In this document: positions 49,668 to 62,848 of the stretch, piece after piece
How positions within the stretch are numbered: position 1 is the stretch's first letter
How the letters are laid out: every line of letters begins with the position of its first letter
Assembly (NCBI GenBank): GCA_000182565.2
Contig: KQ257461.1
DNA length: 64,000 bases
Source of the DNA: Spizellomyces punctatus DAOM BR117
Taxonomy: Eukaryota
Reading direction: 5' to 3' (one strand)
Position numbers and translations under genes: made by a program
Notes under the pieces: model-generated
Databases searched by the model: none
Told to the model about the DNA's origin: nothing
The model's input: the letters and a program-made list of their open reading frames with translations, nothing else

Positions 49668-52600
49668 CTATTTCCATCCAGTCACCCATCCAATGGTCCA
49701 CTTCCAGAGTATGGTGATCCAGGACCTTGAGAGTTCCAGCTCATTCTTGGGAGGGCCTATACTGATGATATGGGTCACCTTTCGATCAGCGGCTGCATCA
49801 GTAGGTTGACCAAAGAACATTGACCACAAAAATCGCCCGGCGCTTCTGGATGTTGATTGTGATCTGTAGGTAGCATCATAACACCAATACAGCGTTTGGC
49901 GCTCCCGGACATACTTCCATTCGCCATCAGACACTTCAACCGAAAGATGATTCATGTCCCCATAATGGTAGGATGGAATAAAAATTTCGGTAACGTAGGC
50001 AAGTGAATCCCACTGCCCGGCAACTTCATCCACGGCGCCGCCACTTTTGGTCAGTTCGGCTTTATCTTGGCGAGCCAGTACTGTAGCCGGATTGTACCCG
50101 TCGGTAGTGAACACCAATTTGAATTCCAAAGTCTTCAAATTGAAGCGCATCGTAATTGGCTCTCCCGCAATTTTCGCTGCATAAGGCCGAATGACTGCGT
50201 CCAAAGCTCTTCCCCCTACATGATGATGATGGTTGTGATCACCTTCGCTGAAATACACGTCCGTAATATCAAAAGGAGTGATCGGAGTACTTGGCGTTGG
50301 GGGTGGATCTGCTTTTTCGGAACCATCTACTGAGACTGCATCGCCGTTCACGTCCAATAAATCTTCGGAAGAATTCAAAGCCAAGCGCGAGCTTGGGCGT
50401 GATCCTGCTCTTGACCCAGAACGTGAGGGTTTTGGTGAATATATCGAGAAGTCTTCCCCATTCCAGTGATCGCCCCATATATTATCATTGTGCGGATTAT
50501 AATTCCACAAGGTGAAGTTCACGAGACTAGCCTTATTGATCAGCAGTAGTGAGAATTTATTGAAACCAAACACTGCGCGCACTTGCTGACAAAGTCTTAC
50601 CTCCATAGCATTTATCATCGCGTCCAGGAAGTTTGTATGATGAGTATAATCACCTGTTTCAAAAGCCTTCGGAAACGACAACATTCTCATTAGGAGATAG
50701 AAGTGGAGGTAAGACATGAGATATTTTCACACCTTCTTTTCGTTCATATCCATAGGAATCCCACATTCGCCGAACAACACTGGTTTATCTCCTACTAGTT
50801 TACGTCCAGTTCGCACAATGTTACGGATCTGGCCTTTATAGTTTTTGTTTGCTCCTGTCACGCCAAAATATGTCGCATTCAAGACATTTTTTGTTCCCTA
50901 GACAAGAGAGCAGAGCATATACTTAGCATACAAGTAGTTCACGATTAGGAACTTTGGAGAGAATATAGCATACCCGACTGAGCCCTTGCACATCGTGCGT
51001 GATCAAACCGTTGAACGACTACGGAAACATTGCTGTCTTTTAGAGAAACTCAAAAACAAGCCATGAATAGCTTTGCTTACCTTATTGAATAGTGCCTTTA
51101 GGTCATACCAATGTGGTGAATAAACCAATTGAGGACTATCATCTTCCGGGCTCAGTTCAGGTGGATCTTCATTCGGAATAGGCTCAAAATATACGAGCAA
51201 ATCCGGGTTGACGCTCAGGATCTCCGTTGTGTAGCGTTTTATTAGAGGAAGATAGCAATCACGACCAAAATCGACCGGTGTCCCGTCCCGCCGTTTTGTG
51301 AAGTAATCGGGTACCAACGCACGAGGTTGTCCATCCACAATGTCCCACACCCCATGCTGCCTCCTATCAATTTAGAGATATAAATACAGGCAAGTCGTGA
51401 CCACGAATGTAGACCGTACCAGATGCATTCTCTTCCAGGCAACCACACAGACGTTTTTCCTGGATTAATGACCCGCTTATGATTTTTCCGTGTCGGCCAA
51501 GGCCAGCTTTTTACCCACACATCGACTTCCTGTAAGTGAGAAGTGAGAGTGTCACCCTTAATTTCCTCAGAAGGTAGAAATCCGTATGAGCCGCGTATGA
51601 CCTTCGCACACTAACCTGCGGAATGCCCGATCCCAACGCCATAGATTGCAACGCCGAAGGAGCATCTCCAAAATGCAAGTCCTTCAGTGGGTCAAATTGA
51701 TGGAGAGATTTCAAGCCAATATATCCAAAGTGTGGCTCATTGATGACCTCAAATCCTGTTACTATGCTCAGGTGCTGTAACCGTCTTTAGGTCATATTGA
51801 TTCATTATAAATTTCCAGTCTTTTTAGGCCAAGAATACGAATCAACAACTTACTGGGCCAAATGTCGGTAACATGCGCAGAAATGTCTCTGCAGGAACTC
51901 TTGCATATGTTCACCTTGGTACGTTGCGTTCGGGGCGAAAATGGCACCACCGAAAAAGAGTGTAAACATGGTTGCCGAAGCCAGTTTTTGGTAATTGGTC
52001 GGCCAGGCGGTATGCCCGCTATCAGTAGGTCGAGCAGACTGATGGACATACGCGGCCCCGGTTTCCATGAACTTGGTCAAATCTAGTCCAGCAACTTCAA
52101 ATGTCCACCCCGGAGCTCCAGAACCACCGGAAAATCTGCTCCACTAAATGAACAAGGTTAAGACCTTCAGACTATGATGGCTAATGTGTGAGTTACTATA
52201 CCGTATCCTGATGCGGATCTGATCAAAAACTGTAAGCAAACATCAACCTAACATGGCCAGCCCAATGGTATCCATACACTACCTATAAAGCACTTGAGAC
52301 CGTACCGGGATGCCCTCTCTAAAACTTTGATCAAGTAATCGATGTATTCTTCGTCGTATATTCCAGGTCCCTCGTGTTCTACCCATATTAATGTTAAGTA
52401 ATTGAATATCATCCAGTTCTTGGATTAAGCTGCTTGCGTACCTAAGGCTTCCCATGGCACCAAAAGCCTCACAAAAGTCAGACCCCAAGCTCGCAACCGA
52501 CCAAAGTGTTCGTCCGCTTCTTCGAGAGGAAATGGTCTTCCCACAAAGGAAACATGTTTGTGCTCAAAGAATCCCTCTTTTAAGTGAGTTGAACCAGGAG

Positions 52601-52814
52601 GATTGGTGGGCAGCTTCGAATTTCCCGAGACATTGACGCCACGAAGATGCAAGGTCCGACCATATTCATCCCGAAATTGACCCCTATTCGAGCGGATACA
52701 CCCAGTCCACTCATGTGCGCTTTCCCGTGGTAAAGTTCCCCCATTTCTCTCGGGGGTATCTGTAGGCTCATTTTTAGAGGCATGAGCCGACAGGTTGTTA
52801 GTTGGAATGTCCAT
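49668..52814 (-). CDS. GH5 endoglycoceramidase-related glucosylceramidase/sterylglucosidase (EGCrP1/2, Egh1-like); many exons
   Basis: GRTLHLRGVNVSGNSKLP, VSFVGRPFPLEEADEHFGRLRAWG, DPHQDTWSRFSGGSGAPGW, NEPHFGYIG, FGECGIPMD, WNYNPHNDNIWGDHWNGEDFS. Confidence 0.92.
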
Positions 52815-53663
52815 GGTGATGAGGTACAGCTGCCGTTGAGGGTGGACAGAACGGCGGACGCGTCTCCCCCTTCCTTTTTCTCAGTGTCCCAACCTTCTCC
52901 CGTCAACGGATTTCTATTCTTTTGACCCATATTGTGACATGTGTTTGCGGGTTTTCTAAACTGGCTGCCTGCTTGCCCTGCCGACGACGCGTCGGGGTTA
53001 ATCGCACAGCTTTAGGAGAAGCTGGAGAGCATCGAGCAGGTCCTTGCCCTTTGCTGTATCGTCCAAATGGTGCAGATTCCAAATTTGTATCGTCATGTAT
53101 TAGCTGTACAAGCCCACAGGACAGCAGCTGTAGTATATTCCCCTAAGCACCATCTTGAACGGGAAAATATCAAGCACGGTCGGGAATTTCTCCTTCCGAG
53201 CTGCTTGTATCGTCAAATTTAACCAAGCTTCCCACGACTGCTATGATAGTTCAGCTATACAATGAGGCCATCTAGTTACAAGCCGACTTGATAACTGTCA
53301 TCCTAGACATCTTGACGAAAATACAGTGTCCAATGTAAGCTAACAATAGGTATAATGTTCCCATCTTTTATGATTCCAAGACCTAATTACTAGCCAAGTC
53401 TTCCAAAGAGTGGTAGTTGCAATTCCTTTAACTTTAGTAGAGATGGCCGTCAAGTATTGTTGATGGCAATGTTGCAGACGATGCGACTCGACCCAGAGTA
53501 ATGCCTTGACGAGAGCTCTTCGCAGATCAATGTGGCTCCATCTGGCTACAATGAGTACTTCTACATTCCAATCGTGTACCTAAGCGACCTAAGCCTCATC
53601 TGAAGTATTTTTCGTTTACAAGCAGCTCACCTTTCACATATCCAATATCGAAAAAGTAAGAAC

Positions 53664-56081
53664 ATGCAAAAGAGAAAGAACAGACAGGACACGTCAAGCA
53701 AAGAGACTCGCAAGAGTAAGCCGTTGAAGCAAACTACGGTCGTAATTCCTAGTGAACCCCGAGATGATTCCGAGAGGTCAAGTGAAGGGTCTGACCAAGA
53801 AGAATGGTGGGAAGACGCTGAGGGACGATCCCAAAATGGTGACGATATGATAGATGACGAAGAAGAAAACGACGGTATACCAGACTCTCCCGCGTCAAAA
53901 CGACCGAAGCTTGATCCGGAAGGTCAGTATGAAGCAGTGTATATTGGCTCGCTCGCACCGGCTGAAGAATTGGCTTGCAGCGGAAGAAAAGCAGCGAAAG
54001 AATAGAGCAGAGCAGAAAAGTCTTCTCCTCGAACGAAAAGCACAGAAACCCAATGCAACCCTGATACAGCAGGCAAAGAGAATATGGGAGAAGCTCAGGC
54101 AAAAGAAGCTTGATGAGGGCGAACGTGAGAAACAAATGGAGGAATTGATGGCACTCATCAAAGGCAAAGTACCTGATGTATGTCATCCCGTTATTGACGC
54201 TTCTTCAGCTTCTTCAGCAGCACATTGATGTCGTAATTAACGTCTAGATCATCTTCAAACACGATGCAAGTCGCATTGTTCAGTGCGCACTGAAATACGG
54301 AAATCGGGCCCAACGCGATGCAATTGCAGCTGAACTTAAAGGACATTATGCTGCAGTTTCACAGAGCTCCTACGGTCGGTTTATTATCTCAAAGATCCTA
54401 AACTACTGTAGCGCAGAATATCGCAGTCATGTCATCAAAGACTTCCATGGAAAGATCCGAAAACTCATTCGTCACCGTGAAGCGGCCGTTGTTCTTGAGG
54501 AGGCTTACTCACAGTTTGCGAATAGTCAACAGCGGAGTTCGCTTCTTGAAGAGTTCTATGGACCGGAATTTGCACTTTTCAAGGTATGTGTTTCGAAGTG
54601 TAGTTGAGGTCCGCTAAAATGATAGCATAACTCATATGTGCGACCTCGCATAGAATGGCGGCGGACGAAACATTGAGACTCTGATTGCAGAAAATCCTCA
54701 TAAAAGAGCTGGGATCGTCAAGCACCTGCGAGAGGTGCTCAACTCTGTTCTGGAAAAGGGCTTCACCAACATCAGCCATCTGTCTATCGTGCACCGTGCA
54801 ATCTTAGAATACCTTACATATGCAGAAGAAAAGAATATTGCGGATATGGTGGAGCTTTTGAAAGACCACCTCGTCTCCATATTGCACACAAGAGAAGGAG
54901 CGAGAGTTGCTCAGCGCTGCATTCTCTATGCCGGTCCTAAAGACCGGAAACATATCGTCAAGACATTCAAGGGGTATATTGGAAAGGTTGCACGAGAACA
55001 ATACGGACATACGGTTTTGTTCACAATCTTCGACGCGGTGGACGATACGGTCTTGATCGAAAAGGCCATTATTGGGGAGCTGGTTACCGATGGACTAGGC
55101 CCCGGTGAAGCGTTTGGGGATTTGTTGCGAGACCGGGTTGGTAGCAAAGTTGCGCTTTATCTATTATGCGGGAGGAACAGAAAGCTCCAGCCGGCATTTG
55201 TGATCGATGAGCTCGAAGCTCTGGATCCGATACGTGCGCGAACGAGTAAGAAAGATGATAAAGTTCGTAGAGAACAGTTGTTGAAAGCCTTTAGCCCCCC
55301 ATTGATCCAAACCGTGGAGCAACGGTGTGCTGAGCTGATAAGGGATGGAGACGGTAGCATCGTGCTGATGGAGACAGTGATTCGCGCCGAAGGTAAGCCA
55401 AGTGAGCTTCACTGTTAGATTTTTCAGTGCAGATCCTAATTCTTTTTGCTGACAATAGGAGATAAACAGTCCTTGATCGAAGCCATTGCCTCATTGGCCG
55501 AAGGTCGTGATGGTGCTAGTGGACTCGTTGACACAGAGTCCGGACCCGTCAATGTAATAAAGAAAATGAAAGCCGATGCAGTGTTGGCGAAGCAGCAAGA
55601 AGAGGGCATTGATCTATCGCAGCATGTCTTGATCCATCGAAAAGCGACTTCCGTCCTGAAGAATCTTGTAGCACCTCGGAAAAAGGTCCCAAATGGTGAA
55701 GATGAATATAAGGGTTCACTGGTATTCGCAACCGCCCTGGCCAAACGCGTGGCTCCGAACGTTGCCTACTGGCTTCGGCACTGTGCGGAAGATCCCAAAC
55801 GGACCAGTGGCACTGCATTTGTATTTGTTGCATTGGTTGAGTCAGGTGGCACTGAGGCCCAACGACTAGTTATAGATGCTGTTCATAGTGAAGCTGGACT
55901 GATCGAGGAGCTGGAGCAAAAAGTGCAGGCGAACCTTGCAAAAGTATCGTCAAGTCAGGAAGACGAAGATGTTGCCGGGAGAAGAAAACGAAAGACGGGG
56001 AAGCCAAGCACGGAGGGACAAGGAGGGTCAAAGACAGGGATGGAAATCTTGTTATTGAAATTGCGGGAGATGGAAAGTTAG
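53664..56081 (+). CDS. PUF6: Pumilio-homology ribosome biogenesis factor Puf6/PUM3
   Basis: QQAKRIWEKLRQKK, IIFKHDASRIVQCALKYG and ILHTREGARVAQRC...KDRKHIVKTFKG; CPL-like TSKKDDKVRREQLL. Confidence 0.92.
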
Positions 56082-56579
56082 ACTTGAGCTTATCACATTG
56101 CTTACCTTATCACTTAAGCTTAATAAATTATCACGTGTCATGGGCGCGGTCCGCCATGTTGGACGACTTTCCGAATTGGATTTTGACCCCGCGCCATGCC
56201 TCAAGAAGGTTTCGTGTGCGGAATTCACCATTTGGGTGAAAGGAACACATTTGCTACCGCCAGGCATTGCCCACGCAACGACGACGACGAGGATAACGAC
56301 AACAACCCGTCAGGCTCCTGAACGTTTTCATTTTTTTACCTGTCACACATCATTGCAATTGACGCTCATAGCATTTATATGAAAACATCCTTTTCGTTTT
56401 TCCGCACGTTGCCACATCTGAATCCCCAGCCTTTCAGTTTGACTCTACATTCAACACTGGATAGCGATCGTCTCTAGCCATCTCCCTCGTCTAAATTCAA
56501 AGCGCAGTGGCAGTGCAATTGTCCTGCTGGCCTGTAGGAGCACGTTACTTGTTGTGCCTGCCTGCTTGCATGCACTGCC

Positions 56580-59296
56580 ATGTTTCGCTCCCGCAAAGTT
56601 GGCCCAGTGGAGCACGGCATCGTGACCTCGACAGAAGTGCTCAATGCCCGCAAGAGGGTTGGGCGTGTTGAAAAATCCCGTAAACATGAAAACCTCCCAG
56701 TTGATTGTGCGACCGCTCTTCCTCTGCGCCGTGTCTTGACAAGGGACAGTGCAATATCTATATCTTCGATCTCCTTACCGTCACCGACATACTCTACTCA
56801 TAATAATACCGATGTTTCCGAACTATCCTCCACTGCAAGACTGAGCAGCCCTCCTTCACCTCTACACTCCCCCGACGCCACTGAAGATGCCAACCAGAGA
56901 TTGTCGTCACCATCGATACGGTCGGTAGACGCAGGTTCTGATTGCTCGTCACCGGATGTGGACAACATCCTTCCATTACCACCACCTCCTGGACTTTCGA
57001 AAGGTGAACCCATAAGCCCTGCTCCGGTTGACGACCAAGGTGTTAACAAAGCACCAATTCCATGGCGTACTACAAACATGCAAAGCGCATGGACCGTTCT
57101 CAATGACGATGATTCATGGGGTACCTCGCAGGAGTGGCATCAAACTCCGTCTGAGGATACGTATTCCAATGGCGGTGTTTTTAGCATGCAGCTTGTCAAT
57201 CCTCTAAATGGGCGATGGGGACGAAGCCCGCGAGTGGGGCCAGGATCATCCTCTCGCCGGGCGAACAGTGGAAGAAATAGTTGTCGTAGAGCATGCCTGC
57301 TGTCAACATTGGGGCTCCTGATTGCGGCTGTATCTATTGTTATTATTGTGGTTACCATTCGTGCTCACCAACGAGACAAGTTTGATCCTCAAGCTGGACC
57401 TCGCGGAGGTCTCCCAGCACCTCCACCAGGCCCACCATTACCTGTATTAAACGTGCTTGATATGAGGGTCCCCACAAATGCATCAGCAGGAGTGTACTTT
57501 GGAGCTAGTATAGACTGGGTAAGCATTAAACGTTCATTTGAGACGCTGCTCTAGTCCTCTTGATTGCTAAGTGAGTTGCCTCTTTGTACTGATGTAGACG
57601 AAGGAAGACCCACAGAGCTTTAACAAAGCGTTGGGGCACAATGCCGCTATCGTAGATGGGTACTACATGATAGCGGAAATTCTTGAGAGAGTCAATACCG
57701 TCAATTCATCCGGCATCTCGCACACAATTCCGGACTATTTTAACTGGACCGCAGGACTGATTGGAGGGACAGGCGCAATTATGGGGATGACCCTGATGCC
57801 CCATAAGGGTCTCGAACAGGTTTCTATAGACGCCATGGCACAGCTCGGACTGAAGTGTGCAGAGATCAATCGTGTGGGCATTCCTATTCTTCTGCGGTTT
57901 GCGCCAGAAATGAATGGTAATTTAGGTTGTGTGTGTTCTCTGATACAGATTATGCTAAAATTTATATTATGTAGGCAACTGGTATCCTTGGGGACAAAGT
58001 CCGGTCAAATATCGGGAGGCCTTCAAGAATCTTGCGATCATTGTCCGCAACGCAACCAATTTCGAACTGAAAAATGCTATATTATCAAATAGAACCATGG
58101 CCCGTACCGCAATGGTCTGGGCGCCGGCTGCTGGTCAAGGATACCCGTACATCTATGGCCAAAATGGGACCTATGCGCCGAGAGGTAATGACACGCGCCT
58201 TGCTGAGATGGACACGAATGGAGATGGAGTGGTTGATGAAAAAGTGAGACCAAGAGAGATTTTCTTGAAGCGTGGCATAGAACTATAACAACAATTTCAA
58301 TTTCATATAGGATGACCCTTTTCTACCTTACTACCCGGGCGATGAATACGTCGATTGGATTGGTATCACGGCTCTATTTAACACATCCTTGGGACGGAAT
58401 GCAACAGTTGCAAGTGCCTTGGCTTTCACGGGGGATACCACTTTTGTTCCTGCAATAGCCAACTCTACCACTTCCAATAATGCTACTGGGAGACGTGCCG
58501 CTCCGAGCGTCAATAACATTAATGCAGCCCTGCCAGTGATTGCACAAAATCTCACAAACAAAATCCCACCGGTTGGACGCGATGTGAATGGAACGTCGTT
58601 TGAGTCTATTGTCTCCGGCTACCCGGGTCAATGGAGTGTGTATGAACTAGCGAAGCTGCGTAAGAAGCCGCTTATCGTTGGCGAAACGGGGATTGGATAT
58701 TTGAGTGGTGCCGGTATTCCCACTGAACCGTCAGAGTTGACAGTCAAAAAGGCATGGTGGAGCCAAGTGTATAATGAGACGCTGTTCAAGGTAGGAAGCG
58801 GTAATCGATCACCACACGTTGAACCTTTGGAAGTTTCTTTCTCATCATAATACCTCTTCGCCTGTAGAATTATCCCCTCATTCGTGCGGTTGTGTGGTAC
58901 GACTACAGTCTTCTCGTTGCGAATTCTTCGATCACGCTTGACTATTCGTTCACCCGAAACGAGACTATTACGAAGGCATTTGTGAATACCACCGATTCGC
59001 TTTCTCGAGGAACGCTGGTTTATGCGAATGATACGATGACGGACGGCGCATTGATCAATGGTACTGCCTTGGGCGTCCGCAACAGTACCGGAGCTATTTG
59101 GGTCAATATGAATATGACATTACCAAATGGGACGGTGGTTAAGGGAAAAGTTATCAACGGGGCCTGGGTACCGAATGCCGGCGAATCATCGCATCGTAGT
59201 CGGCGGGACGGTAGTAGCAACTCACATTCAATACAAGCGATGTTGCCTGCGAAGGCCCGCAGAGGGAAGGGGTTTAATACAGGCGGGCAATCATAA
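56580..59296 (+). CDS. Membrane-anchored GH26 (beta-mannanase-like) protein
   Basis: TM segment near 57295-57362; LRFAPEMN|GNWYPWG, AMVWAP, DPFLPYYPGDEYVDWIG and KPLIVGETG. Confidence 0.85.
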
Positions 59297-59492
59297 ACCG
59301 ACTATTTGTATATATAAGAGGGCCGACTGTATAGTATTAGTATAGTGTTTTACTTAGTCCTTTCTGTCACTGGCGTAAACAAAGTTCTTACTGAAAGCAA
59401 CAGCTTCCTGTTATTGCCGGAAGTCTGACTTCATTGAACAGTTGGATATCATCAATCACCCGACGCGTTCTGCTGCGAATTGCGGTGCGATC

Positions 59493-61742
59493 ATGAGTTC
59501 GCCGTTTCCTACGGACGTAGCTGGTGACGAATTCCTGCCGCCAGCTAAGAGAGTACGATTGGTGGAAGACGAAGTATGTGCTAGTGGAATTGAGCTCCCC
59601 AGGATCTGGTTTCTCAAAAAAGTTATGAACTACGTAGAACATATCACCTCGGGAACTTGAATTGGGTAGCGATGTGTTGCCTCATGTCGAAATCGAAGCA
59701 GAGAATGATGCAGGAGAGCAAGAGACGGACATGGTCAAAGCCGAACGGCAGCTAGTCGGCAGTACTCACGGTCATCTAGATGACAAAGTGACATCCGGTG
59801 GTGGAGGAGCATTCGAGGAGACAAGAGGTTCAGCACCTCCAGTCATCTTTGCGCTGTCAGAAAAAACAAAGCAGATTATGCAGGATGAAGCTCGGCATTT
59901 GGGTGGGTGTTCTTCGAGTGCTGAGATGGCATTACCCTTGCCGCCCACTTATCCTTTGACGATCGTAGGGTTTTGGGACTGGTTGGAGAAATATTCTGCT
60001 TTACCTTTGTCATTTTTGTTTGATGTCTTCGATTTCTCATTGGTATGTTGGCCTGTTATATAATTTTGTGCGTTCTCATCCTTTGACCCTTGACGAATTT
60101 GCACCCAAGCCAGAACATCTCCGACAAGCGTCCGATGATGATTTACTTCCGTTGTTAAAATCGGTTATGATGAAGAAGGTCCGTTGACTTCAGATACATG
60201 CGAGCGAACTCATAATCTGAAATGATGTTAGGTTGCAAAAAGACCAAAGCGACCGGATATCAATACACTGGAACAAGCGATTGAGCTTCTGCGAACGTGC
60301 AAGAATATTATGGTTCTGACCGGCGCTGGAGTACGTGTGCATCACGCGAATTTCGGAACTCGCTTAGATACGTTTGTTCAAAGTTTCATCAAACTCTAGG
60401 TGTCAGTTTCATGTGGGATACCCGACTTCCGTTCAAAAAATGGAATATATTCGCGACTGGATGAATTCGAGCTGGACGACCCACAGCAAATGTTTGACAT
60501 CGAGTACTTTCGTATACAACCGCAGACATTCTATTCCTTTGCTAGAGTAGGAATGTGAATCTTGGCGCTGTTAATGTTCGCATTGTGCTGATCATCTAGT
60601 AGGAGATATATCCCAGCAATTTCAAGCCATCGCCGTCCCATCTATTTATAAAGTTACTGGAAGAGAAAGGCAAATTGCTCCGCAACTATACTCAGAATAT
60701 TGACACACTCGAGCAAGTTGCCGGTATCAAACGTGTCGTTCAATGTCATGGTAGTGAACGTACAGAACTGTGCCCATCTTCACGTGCGCGCTCTTAAATC
60801 TCTTCTTTGTCCCATGTAAGGCTCCTTCGCTACCGCCAAGTGCATCGTATGTGGTTACAAGGTTCCTGGAGATGCCCTCGAAGAGGATATTTTTCAGAAG
60901 GTGTGCTTTCAGCATCGTACCTGGATATAGCCTGATGCTCGCTAAACGTTTCCTGAATGAAGAAAGTCCCAATGTGCCCTGTATGTGGAGAAGAGAGAGA
61001 CGGTATAATGAAACCAGACATCACCTTTTTTGGGGAGATGCTTCCGGATGAGTTCGACCGGCTATTTGCGGAAGACAAGGAAAAGGTGGACCTGCTTATC
61101 GTGATGGGATCCTCATTAAAGGTGTCACCGGTCGCCGATGTCAAAGGTGTGTACAAGTCATGTTACTATTGCAACCCATAGCATCCCTAATCTATTCTTT
61201 CAGACAAGATACCACATCACGTTCCGCAAATATTGATTAACATGGAGTCGCTGCCACACATGGAAGGGTTCGACATTCACTTGCTCGGCTACTGTGATAC
61301 CATCTGTGCACAGCTGTGTCGAATGTTAGGATGGGACCTGAAGCATGAAAAGATTCCAGGGGGATCGTCCCTCTCTATGAACATAACAGGCGATCAGGCG
61401 GGTCCTGACGATGACGGGAATGGAGGTGTACAGGAGGATGGGTCTTGTTTCCGGCAGGGGCGACAACCCCACCACTATTTATTCGAAGGGGCTATCGGTC
61501 TAGCCGACATGGACCCGGCAGCGTACATACCTTCTGATCGAGAAGATACGTCGGCTACCTCATCAGACGACGATACAACGCCTCCAGAACATTCCGAAGA
61601 CAGTGATGCAGATGTGGAAGGAGACATCGGTCACAAAATAGATGCAGAATTGAAATTCGAGGGCAGCGAGACGGGACCAAGTAGTTTCCGTAAGGAGATC
61701 GAATCTCACAACACAGCGGATAGAGCAGAATCATCATCTTAA
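59493..61742 (+). CDS. SIR2: Class I sirtuin NAD-dependent deacetylase (Sir2/SIRT1-like)
   Basis: [45 protein letters not shown]...[10 protein letters not shown] and [11 protein letters not shown]. Confidence 0.92.
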
Positions 61743-62848
61743 TCTGTGTACTGGTAATCCTCTGTTGTAATTATTGAGCAAAAGGTCTATTCGCCGCCAT
61801 CGTAATGGGCCACGCCATTCGATGGCGGGCGTGCCAAAGAGGGGCTGGGATGACACGTTAGAGTATCCCCTCTAAACCCTTGATATAACGATTCCCCTTA
61901 TGTGCGAGAGGACATTCGATGCCTTTCTAAGATTGTTGTGTTCTGTCCCGCTTTATACACTCGTCACCCGAATATCAACTCGTAGACAATTACTATTATG
62001 TTGATGGCCACCAAGGGGACTGCGAATTGTGATTATCACCGTTGATCAGTCACGGGCGTTAGGAATTAAAACTACTATTCACATACATCGTAGAAGAGTT
62101 CGAATGGCAGATATCAGATTGATAACTTTATACTTGACTGTGTTGCTTTTGTCTCCGAATTGCGTCTGATGTGAACTTTGCCCTAGACCAACTTGGAGCG
62201 AGAAAACCATCATGGTTGAGCCTGTGGTTTCGGTAACGGGCCCTCTGTCTCCCTTCGACGACTAAATTTCAATGAGCTTGGCTGCTACATACTTCGTGCC
62301 AGAAACCTCTCCTCGTGTAATATTGCTATAGCGTTGATGAACAGTAGTCCAACGTACAAGAGTGTACCAAGCGAAAGCATGAAAGCCATGATGGTGTCAG
62401 CTATACAGCGGTTAGCGCGTTGGAAGTTGGGTTAACGTTTCGTGGTCGATGACTGTGCCAAAAATGTTGCTATGACAGTGTTATGCAACTCTACTGTACT
62501 AGCATCCCCATTACGTTTCCTTAAGGCGAGTAAAATATGGCCAAAACCTTGAATGTTCCGACATTTCAAGCTCGAAAGCTACTTGTAGAACATATCAAGG
62601 AAAGTGCAGCACGATGAGGACTCTTTTCTGGAAGTTTATTTTTTAAGCCAACTGCTAGCCATATCCTTTGATGTGGTTCGATATCCGGCTGGAATGCTTG
62701 CTTCCTTCTCTGTACGTGCTCCAACTTTGCTGATCTGCACTTGCCCGGTCGCTGCAGTATTTGCAGAAGTACGTAAGTTTACAAAGTACAATGTTTTCGG
62801 AGAAGCGGTGCTGACGGTATTGCCCTGCAATGTATTCAGTTGTTCAAA

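Noticed and set aside
62661-62715. AT-AC minor intron starting ATATCCTTT upstream of La
   Set aside because: No TCCTTRAY branch site before a suitable AC.
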